From positions 238,948,001-239,012,000 of the forward strand of contig OZ024742.1 in NCBI GenBank assembly GCA_964016885.1: 64,000 nt of DNA, written 5' to 3'. The notes beneath the pieces were generated by a model. It was not told where the DNA came from, did no database searches, and was given only the letters and a program-made list of their open reading frames with translations. Position 1 is the first letter of the stretch. Every line of letters begins with the position of its first letter. Source of the stretch: Eledone cirrhosa (taxonomy: Eukaryota). Positions 53,820-64,000 of this stretch are shown in pieces. A program made the translations under genes and the position numbers.

Positions 53820-55930
53820 TGTGGCACTCGCCAATTGGCTTATCCATGGCGCCCTAGACTCTCATGCCCGAGGCCTCTTTTTTTCGGCTAGCCTGACCGC
53901 TCTCAGGAAGAAAGAGGGTGGCATACGCCCCATCGCTGTGGGCAATGTCTTCCGGAGGCTGGCTGCTAAGGTGGTCTGCAAGTCCATCACACCTGAACTG
54001 GGCGAGGAGCTCAGTCCGGTGCAACTGGGTGTCGGCGTGTCCGGTGGCTGTGAGGGGGGCGCACATGCAACCAGGCAGTTCTTCAATAGCTACCCACCGG
54101 AACTGGCATCCAGGGAATCCAGGCACCTCATTGTCAAGCTTGACATGAGGAATGCCTTCAACTGCATACGCCGCGACCATCTGCTCGATGCCTGCCTCAG
54201 CTGAGTCCCTTCTGCCCACCCGCTGGCCTACCTACCATATGGAGCCCCGAGCATGCTCCTTGCTGCTGATACGGTCAAACCTTCAGCAACAGAGTGACCA
54301 TTTCGGTACCCTCCTGTTTGCTCTTGGTACAGACCACATTGCTTGGAGTATCAGAGCCCCTCTCAATGTTTGGTATCTGGGTGGGACCGTAGAGACTGTC
54401 TGCGACGACCTACAATCGGTGGTTCCTGCTCTGGCGGGAATCGGCCTCCAGGTCAACTCGGCCAAGTTGGTGGTGGTGAATGTCAACCACGATGCTGAGA
54501 GCTTTGCAACCTCCGTCTCGGACGTGCGGTCCATTCTCCACCAGGTACGGGTGATCCCCAAAGATGATGTCCTCATCCTCGGGTCACCGATCCACCCGCC
54601 GGCCATCCGCTCCACCATTCAGGTCCAGGCTCCAGCAACTCAAGACCCTCACGAGCCGACTGGGCATGATTGACGGCCATCCAGCAATCTTCGCAGCGTT
54701 CCGTGCTACAGCCACGCTTCTCTCCTCTCTGCCCTCGACACTTGTATCTAAGCAGCAGTTGAAGAGATATGCAACGTCAGGTTTGACGACATTGGATGGC
54801 AACAGGCCACCATACCTATTAGATATGGTGGCCTTGGCCTCCGGTCCCCGATCTCGCTGACTTTCCCGGCGTCTCTTCCGTTGGTAACACCATGCCGTGT
54901 CCTCGCCAGCCGGGTTCTCCCACACAATGGAACCCTCTGTGATCAAGGAACGTGAGGCCGCCTGCGAGACGTGGGACCGGCTGGGACTTAGCCCAGTAGA
55001 CGTCCCTCCTCCTTCTCCCCCTGCTAAGGTCAAGTCCCCCCCCCCAATCATTTGGGATGCCATCCAGTGCAGCCTGGCCTCATTCAGGCTCACGCGCCAG
55101 CTCGACCATCACCGTCTTGCCTGTTTTCCCGCGACCTCCAAATTCCACTGTGGAGCCTGGCTCCATGCCTTACCCTCCTTCTCCACTGGCATGCAGCTGG
55201 ACAACGATAGCCAGCGCATCGATAGCCAGCATTTCCCTGAGGCTTCGCTTCCGGATCTGCTAGCCACACAAATGTCGCTGCGGATCCACCGTGGACTCTT
55301 TCAGCCTCCACCCGCTTTCCTCTAACTACAGTGCCGACTGCCTTCCACGCCATGCTGTCCTCAACGAGGTCATAAAGCATGGCTTGGATGCTGCAGGCTT
55401 CACCTCCCAGCTCGAGCCGGTGGGGCTTGACCGAGGGGACGGCAAAAGGCCAGACGGTATGAGCATCTTCCCGTTCCGCGGTGGCAAACCCCTCGTCTGG
55501 GATACCACTTGCAGTGACACTTTCTCCAGCTGCAACCCATTTTCTTCTGCACTTCAGGCTGAGGGGGGGGGGGGACAAACCCTCCAAGTACCGGTTGCTC
55601 TCCGACAGGTTTGCGTGGAAACTTCTGGTGTCCTTGGCCCTACGGCTACCTCTCTACTCACCACCATAGGCGCTGAGCTGGTCAGCCGCAGGTGTGAGGC
55701 TCGCGAGATGGAATGGCTCTTCCAACGCATCTCGCTTACCATCCTCCGAGGAAACGCCTTCTCTATTCTGTCCCCCGGCGCTGTGTGCTGGCCAGCACGT
55801 GGGACCCCATTTGCTCACAATACAGAGAGATGGGGAGGGTGAGAGAGATGGAGGCGATGACAGTGGGAGTTCGGCTCTTCCGTGTTCGGACACATGGCAC
55901 TTGTCACGTGGACCATGTGACACTATTCTA
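53820..55930 (+). mobile_element. CRE-clade non-LTR retrotransposon, RT to endonuclease, degenerate. An extra 3' fragment lies at ~56430-56595
   Basis: GGIRPIAVG, QLGVGVSGGCE, KLDMRNAFN, GKRPDG and LVWDTTC motifs. Confidence 0.88.
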
Positions 55931-57129
55931 GAAATCTATAGCATAATATTCATGCCGTCAAGTACTGTGATTTATTTAATTAACAGTTCCCGTCGCCAAA
56001 ATTTGCCAAAATTTGCCAAAAGTTACCAATATTCGCTTCCATTCATGACTATCCCTGCACTTCTGGCTCCCTAGTCCCATGGACATATTTATTGGTAGCC
56101 ATGGAATACTACAAATCAATGTAATGAACACGTCACAAATATGGAACATTTCATAAGAACAAGCATAATGTTTTTATTAACATTATTTTAATATAGAAAA
56201 TTCATAGTAAGTTAGTTCATTGTAGATATGTATTAGGTGTATTGTAAAAGTGAGAAAGAGATAGTAGTAGATAAAGGGATTGACAGAAATCAAAATTACC
56301 ATCTCTGGCTAAGAGATGAGATAAATAGCAGTCTTGCTACTTACCCATCATAATATTGTTCAGTAAGAAAAATGAGGTTGTGGAAACGAAGACTAGCATT
56401 TAGTAGATAATAGAACAATAATTCAAGACATCTCCGTTACCATCCTCCGGGGAAACGCCTTCTCCATTCTGTCCGCCGGGGCTGTGGGGAAGCCAGTACG
56501 TGGAACTCCATTTGCTCACCATACAGAGAGATGGGGAGGGCGAGAGAGATGGAGGTGATGACAGTGGGAGTTCGGCTCTTCAACGTTCGGACCATATCCT
56601 TGTGGTTGTGTTAAAAATTATTTATTTCCCATCTACTGATTAAGGGCAGTGGATGATCCGAATCCATTTAGCTATTCCTCGGAAAAAAGTTGACATTATA
56701 AAGTTGACATCGTTTTGGCTGCCGGCCCCTGCTTCTCTTACCAACCAACATTCAGGACATCGACCTATATTTGTACGTATTTTACCAATAATAAAAAGTG
56801 AAGTCAACCACATGTGGGTTTAAACATGGAGCAATGAGTTACAACGACGTTAAATTGATTTTGCTACCAGGTGCGATAAATCAAACCCCTTTATTTTATT
56901 ATGGCGGTGGATTGTCAGTATCAGTAGAGCGGCGGACACCATGCTTTGTGGCATAGAGTTACGTCCCTTTAAATTCTGAGTTCAAATCCCGTTGAGTTTA
57001 GCTTTGCCTTTCGTCCTTTTGGAATTGATAAAATAAAGTACCAGTAACGCACTTGGGTCGATTTAATCGACTTTCCCCTCCCCAAAATTGCTGGCCTTGG
57101 GCCTATATAAGAAACCATTATTTATTTAT

Positions 57130-57746
57130 CTACTTATATATATAACCAGCAATTTCTCTGTCTGTCTGTCCGACAGTGGAAACACGTGCGTAGAGAGAGA
57201 GTGAGAGTGAAAGAAAGAGACAGACTACGAGAGGGGGATAGCGGGAGGGAGAGAGGGAGAGAGAGAGAGTGAATAGACGCTAAAACACGTGCTACAGAAA
57301 CATTACCTTCCCCTCTCCACTGACTTTGGTCACTGAGGCCGAGGGAATTGCGCTGAGCGCGTCATAATGACGTAATGCAGACAGCCAGACATACAGACAG
57401 ATATTATAAGGGCGCAACGTTATATCTATGTATCTATCTAAAAAGAAAGACTAAGAATTATATAGAGAGAACGCTAAATCGCCTAATGCGGTCCCTAGGG
57501 CATTGAAAATTTGAAATAATTTTTGCTCAAAACACTCACAGTATTACATGTCTAAAGTTTGAAAACAATCGGTTGGATGGTTCTCAAGTTTTAGTGAGCT
57601 GACAGACAGACAGACATTCTCTGTTTTAGATATATAGACTAGCAGAAAACCGCCCCCGCGTGGTTTTCTGCTAGTCTCCTTATAATATATAACCAGCAAT
57701 TTCTCTGTCTGTCTGTCCGACAGTGGAATACGTGCGCGCCTGGTTG

Positions 57747-57839
<93 letters not shown>

Positions 57840-58567
57840 CATCTATCCCTCTCTTTTAGTCGGTCTGTTTCTCTCACTCTCACTCTTTCTCTTTGTAACA
57901 CACTAACATTGCTCCCCTCTATCGCTGTGACGAATGGGGAGATGGAGGAGGAGGAGGAGGAGGAGGAGGAGGGGGAGGAGGAGAGAGTCACTTCGTCACT
58001 TCACCTCTGCCTTTCTTTCTCTCCCCTCTCACTCCCTCATTACGTACAGACATTAGGGCGGTGGATTGGCAGAATCTTTAGAGAGTCGGACACCATGCTT
58101 CATAGCATGGAGTTACGTCCCTTTACGGTCTGAGTTCAAATACCGCCGAGGTTAACTTTGCCTTTCATCCTCACGGGGTCGATAAAATAAAGTACCAGTA
58201 ATGTACTGGGTAATTACTGGCCTTGTGCCAAAAGTAGAAACAATTATTAGAAACATTGCTTCATTTTTACATATCTAAGCATTAGTAAAATAACTAATAA
58301 TTTCAAAAGTAATTTTTCAATTCCAATTGTTATGAACAGCAAAACATTAATAATAATTTTGTTCTAAGAAATATATATACATTTCTGTGTGTGTAATATA
58401 TATATATATACACACACAGAAATATGTATACATTTCTGTGTGTGTAATATATATATATTACACACACAGAAATATATATACATTTGTGTGTGTAATATAT
58501 ATATATATACACACACAGAAATATATATATATACACACAGAAATATATATACATTTCTGTGTGTGTA

Positions 58568-58600
<33 letters not shown>

Positions 58601-59731
58601 GAAATATATATACATTTCTGTGTGTGTAATATATATACACACACAGAAATATATGGGCATTTCTCTGTTTGTCTGTCTGTCTGTCTGTCCTTCCCTAAAA
58701 CTCAAATGTAGGTGCTACAGAAATATTACCTTCCTTTCTCCACTTTGGTACTACCAAGAGAAACACTGTCGCTATAGAAATATTACCTTCCCCTCTCCAC
58801 TGACTTTGGTCACTGAGGCCGAGGGAATCGCTGGTTGCTATAGAGACACCTTGCACAAGACAGAAGTAACCAGTTCGAGGCGGTTCTAACTTGACACCAT
58901 GCCAAGTCTACTTATAATATATAATGGCCATTTCTCTGTTTGTTTGTCTGTCTGTCCGTCTGTAAAAAATGCCAAGGAAACAAATAGACGCGGTTTCAAA
59001 TCTCTATGCTTTTCAAATTCATTACATTAATCTTTATTTATACGTTTCGCTTTACGAGTGTTTCGACTTACGAGTGTTTCGGCTTACGAGTGTTTCGGCT
59101 TATCATTATATATAAACGTTTCTATTTCCATCGTTTTATCGTAAACGTTTATATATTTCCATCGTTATATCATAACGTTTATGTATCATAACGTTTATAT
59201 TTCCGTCACTAATCTCTTTTTCTCCTTTTTCGTGTTAACATATATTTATTTCAAAGATTTCACCGTATAGATAACATATATATTTATACATGCATAAAAG
59301 ACACACCGAGAGACGGTGAACATGTGGTGCCGAAAACATTTCTCATCCAAATCTCAACAATATCAGTATATACACTAGATTTGCTAGCAGAAAACCGCTG
59401 ACCGGGTAGTTTTCTGCTAGTCTATATATCTAAAACAGAGAATGTATGTCTGTCCGTCAGCTCACTAAAACTCGAGAACCACCCAACCGATTGTTTTCAA
59501 ATTTTACACATGTAATACTTATGGTCCTGTGGGAGTTTTGGGCAAAGAATATTTCAAATTTTTAATGTCCTAGGGACCGCATTAGGCGATTTAGCGATCT
59601 CTCTCTATAACTCTTAGTCTTTCTGTTTAGATAGATACATAGATATAACGTTGTGCCCTTATAATATCTTTCTGTATGTCTGGCTGTCTGCATTACGACA
59701 TTATGACGCTGTGTGTGTGTATATATATATA

Positions 59732-59797
<66 letters not shown>

Positions 59798-59911
59798 TGT
59801 GTGTAACGTTTTTCGAAATATTTACTTCTGCGTTCACAGATTGATTTTTTTTAGTTTCAGAAGATCCCGTTAAGGGTGAAAGCAGCGATTCTTTGCTTAA
59901 ACTTTAATCTG

Positions 59912-59973
<62 letters not shown>

Positions 59974-59990
59974 GTGTACAATATATATAT
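57130..59990. mobile_element. Cluster of non-autonomous Helitron-like elements from two families, including a head-to-tail junction at 59420/59421
   Basis: 5' TCTACTTATA... and TCTATATATCTAAAACAGAG ends. 3' CTAGCAGAAAACC...GGTTTTCTGCTAG hairpin ends at ~57638-57674 and 59384-59420. Internal (CTGT)n. Confidence 0.6.
58365..58655. repeat. Minisatellite with a self-complementary unit
   Basis: About six copies of cacacacagaaat-atatatac-atttctgtgtgtg separated by variable TA runs. Confidence 0.9.
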
Positions 59991-59994
59991 ATAA

Positions 59995-62500
59995 GATGTG
60001 CGACCCAACAGAAATGGAAAGACACATCCAACACTTCATCAACCGCATGCAGTTCTCTGGCTACAACCAAAGAGACACAATCAGAGTATACGAAGGAGCC
60101 ACGGAGAAGTATAAGACCCTCATAGAACTGGACATGAAAGGAATTTGCCCATTATACAGGAACAAATCATGGAATAGCTTAGATAGGACTAGACATAAGA
60201 TAGGGAAAGCCACCTCATGGTACGACAACCAGAGATACCAGAGATACCAGAGTGACGCACTACCAACAACTTCCAGGCGTTTAACAATGGCATACCACCT
60301 TTGTATGGGCTCCGCAAAGACCACAAGACAGTCGACGACCCGACAACAGGACCACCAACAAGACCTGTATGCGGAGCAAATATAGCTAGCAACTACAGGA
60401 TCTCCTACTTCTTCTCAATGGTTATACGCCCCATAATCAAGATGTCCCCAGATGTATGTGACAGTACAGAGGACCTCCTCAGCAGAATCAGTGAGTGCAA
60501 CAAAAACAGGAACCTATCCAACTGCATAATAGGCAGTATGGATGTGGTATCACTGTACCCATCCATTAACATTGATTTTGCTATGGAAAAATGTGTGGAG
60601 ATGATCATTGAGAGTGAGGTGGAGTTCTGCGACGTCGACACAGACGAACTGGGCCTCCTACTTAGACTTACCTACGACACTGACAACCTAGACAGTCATG
60701 ACCTTAGGCGTTTCTGCCCCAGTAGACCCATAAGAGGTAGACTCCCCACCATAACCTCAATGGCAAAAAACTCCCATGGGAAGGTGGATTGGGTGGACCA
60801 AAGCTATACGGACCCCCCCAAAACAATGATCAGGTAAGAAAAATGGTCGCACATGCAAGAGGGGCTAGTATCAAAACTACCCTAAAGGGCCACATATTCA
60901 AGTTCAACAAGAAGATCTACACCCAAAATGAGGGAGCAGCTATTGGCGTCAGCATAGCTGGTGACGTGGGATGGTATGGTGGGAAAGGAGACTCAGAGAT
61001 CTCCTTGATGAGAGCTCCATAGACCTCATCATGTACTCTCGTTACGTAGACGGTATCAATATAGTAATAAGGACATCCCTACAAGAGAGCACTAACAAGT
61101 TTGATTTAGAACGTAGCACAATGGAAAGCATCCAGCAGATAGCTAATTCCTTACACCAGAGTATAACTGTAACTATCGACTACCCTTCCAAACACCCTAA
61201 CAATAGACTACCTGTATTAGACACGGAACTCTGGATTAACACTATAGACGAGAGGGCCCAAATTCTCCACTCACACTATGCTAAACCCATGGCCTCCAAA
61301 TACCTGATACTCAAAAACTCAGCAATGTCCAGTAGTGCTAAGTTTAATATTCTGATCGCAGACTTGGTACGAATGATGAAGAACGTGTCCCGCATGTGCT
61401 ACCCAACAGAAATGGAAAGACACATCCAACACTTCATCAACCGCATGCAGTTCTTTGGCTACAACCAAAGAGACACAATCAGAGTATACGAAGGAGCCAC
61501 GGAGAAGTATAAGACCCTCATAGAACTGGACATGAAAGGAATTTGCCCATTATATAGGAGCAAATCATGGAATAGCTTAGATAGGACTAGACATAAGATA
61601 GGGAAAGCCACCTCATGGTACGACAACCAGAGATACCAGAGTGTCATGTTTGTGGACGCTACCCCTGGAGGGAAATTAGCTAACCAGTGTAGAAAGGCCC
61701 TGAGAAAGACCCACTTAAAGATTAAGGTGGTAGAGAAGCCAGGAACCACCATAAAATCCCTGATCAGCAAAACCTACCCTTTAAGAAAACCCACTGTACT
61801 AATAGGAAATGTATCATATGTAAAGTAAACCCCCGGATAAACTGTAAAACTAGAAACGTAGTCTATAGCATAAGATGTACAGAGGGCACTTGCAGAATCA
61901 TGACAACATACATAGGCGCGACAGCTCGTAGCATAGGTGAAAGGATAGACCAACACTGGGGGGAACTAAAAGGACGAAAAAAAGGTTCAGTGCTATACGA
62001 ACATGCCAGACAACAACACGACGGTAACATAAACAACATAGAAATTAGAATAATATCTAAACATAGAAATGACCTAGCAGATAGGCAAATCAGAGAGGCC
62101 AGCGAAATAGAACTTAGAAGGCCAAGGCTAAACAGAAAAAATGAATGGAATAACAACACCCAAGCAAACAACACTGACCTAAGAGAAGTATAAATAAATA
62201 AATAAATAAATACATACACAAGCACAACAAACACATATAAACACACACTAGTAAACTAAGATAGAATACAATAACCAATACACAGTCACCCAAACACGAA
62301 CACACATCAAACAAAACACTATACACACACGCAAACGCATGCGCAGAGAAGACAAAAAAATAAACAAATAAATATTAAATAAACAGACTAAATAAAGATG
62401 GCGTAGGCATACAATGCAACGGGAGGAAACATAATAGCACCACTGACGATGTTGCAGATGTGCAACGAAAGAACTTTGTTAGACTATATATATGTGTTTG
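59995..62500 (+). mobile_element. Second Penelope-like family: frameshifted RT + GIY-YIG with a decayed HHR at 62439-62480
   Basis: YGLRKDHK, PTRPV, SMDVVSLYPSI, GAAIG, RYVDG, LPVLD, TYIGATARSIGER and REA..I..LNRKNEW motifs. CTGACGA tgttgca-gatg-tgcaac GAAA. Confidence 0.88.
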
Positions 62501-62819
62501 TGTCTATATTGTATCTGTATTTTTGACCGTTGGTCAGTCAATGGTAACATTGAGGACCGAATAAATTAAATTAACCGATATAAAGGACACAGAAGCGAAA
62601 ACCAACCAAACAGTGAGTGTGTTCTGTTATTAATTCTGGCAATATTATTACACAAATATGACCCTCCCCAAGTATAACAATATTTGTTTCGACACACGAT
62701 TTCATATCAAAAACATCGCAACATCGCAAAACTAATTCAACGCCGTTATATATATATATATATATGGAAAAAATGAAATTTCATTTCTCCCTCTTAGTAC
62801 GGCTGATACTTAAATATAA

Positions 62820-63299
62820 GTATGTATACGTACATACATATATGTATACAGACGTACAGTAGTATGTATATATATATACATACATGCACACATATATATA
62901 TGTACGTATGGGTTTACCGAACATTTATTATAATGCTCGGTTTGTTTGTAAACAGACAGCCCGAATTAGTAGCCGTACAGTGTTCGGCAACCACCGTTGC
63001 CATTTTGTTCAACACTGACAAAGGAACGATGAACTAGTTTCTAGCTTATTAGCTGTCATCAGCACCGTATACCTTCCTAATAAGCTAGAAACTAGTTCAT
63101 CGTTCCTTTGTCAGTGTTGAAAAAAATGGCAACGGTGGTTGCCGAACACTGTATGGCTACTAATTCGGGCTGTTTGTTTACAAACAAACCGAGCATTATA
63201 ATAAATGTTCGGTAAACCAATACGTACATATATATATGTGTGCATGTATGTATATATATACATACTACTGTACGTCTGTATACATATATGTATGTACGT

Positions 63300-63305
<6 letters not shown>
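62820..63305. ncRNA. Fold-back cassette with an intact HHR at 63027-63067(-)
   Basis: Reverse complement: cggtg CTGATGA c-agct-aata-agct-a GAAA ctag TT catcg. ~230-bp inverted arms; the second arm starts inside helix II. Confidence 0.85.
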
Positions 63306-63350
<45 letters not shown>

Positions 63351-64000
63351 GACAGGGGGGAAGAAAAAATGGCTTCACTTGTGCTTTTATAAATTAAGTT
63401 GTTGGTTGTTGGTTAGGTCTTAGGAGTTCTTGGTTAACGTAGGAGGTATTGTTTCGTTTTTAGAAAGACCTTTCACGCTGAGATGCGCTTGTCAAACTGA
63501 TGTGTATGTGGTGTGTTGTTCTATATATAGGGATTTAACATGTCTGTGGTGTGGTGGGGGTTTCTTTTCTCCCCCTTTAATAAGTGCATGGGTGTAGGTG
63601 TGTTGAAAAAGTGTTCATAGCAGTAATGAGTTGAGACGGTGAGTAGGGCTGGGTGGGGAGAAATGTAGCAAGTGCGGCCTGCCCCGGTCATTCTCGAAAA
63701 ATTCCTTTATTCAGGGGAAAAAGCTTTTAGTATTGCTTTTGTGTTGAGAATGGTCACGGGCAAATCGCACCTGCCAAGCTTGTGAATAATTCTTTTTTTC
63801 TTTTTTTCCTGAAGAATTTTTCTACGTCCATCCCAAAGTTAGTCCTTTGTTCAATACACACACATGTGCGCATATATGTACATACACACACGGGCATATG
63901 TAGGAATATATAGGCACACACCATCAATCACACACCCATGCACAAATACATCCACATACATACACAAAAACATATAGAGACATATATAAAAACACACATA

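Noticed and set aside
63400-63840. Possible decayed minus-strand PLE end with an HHR-like remnant near 63440-63500
   Set aside because: The core reads ttgacaa and helix I does not pair; too degenerate to support.

Overview
This is AT-rich, microsatellite-dense eukaryotic DNA, almost entirely repetitive. The tRNA-derived SINEs with a Nin/Deu-type core, the CORE-SINEs and the long (TA)n/(CA)n tracts suggest an octopus or other coleoid cephalopod genome (inference). The window holds decayed non-LTR retrotransposons (CRE, R4/Dong, Tx1/L1-like), Penelope-like elements (one with an uninterrupted 799-aa RT + GIY-YIG ORF), non-autonomous Helitrons, hAT/mariner/Ginger-like MITEs and a ~6.8-kb array of a 41-bp satellite with phased A-tracts. 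Scattered + strand exons suggest a type II membrane protein gene with a Ser/Thr-rich stalk. The main hidden signal is about 25 type I hammerhead ribozyme (HHR) motifs, read by eye, in roughly a dozen unrelated sequence contexts. Most are minimal forms with a palindromic helix III, sit in short fold-back cassettes and lie inside (TA)n tracts. They include a 310-bp retrozyme-like tandem unit arranged as an inverted dimer, and copies of the pseudo-LTR (pLTR) of the intact Penelope element. All calls come from manual reading; no database searches or folding programs were run.
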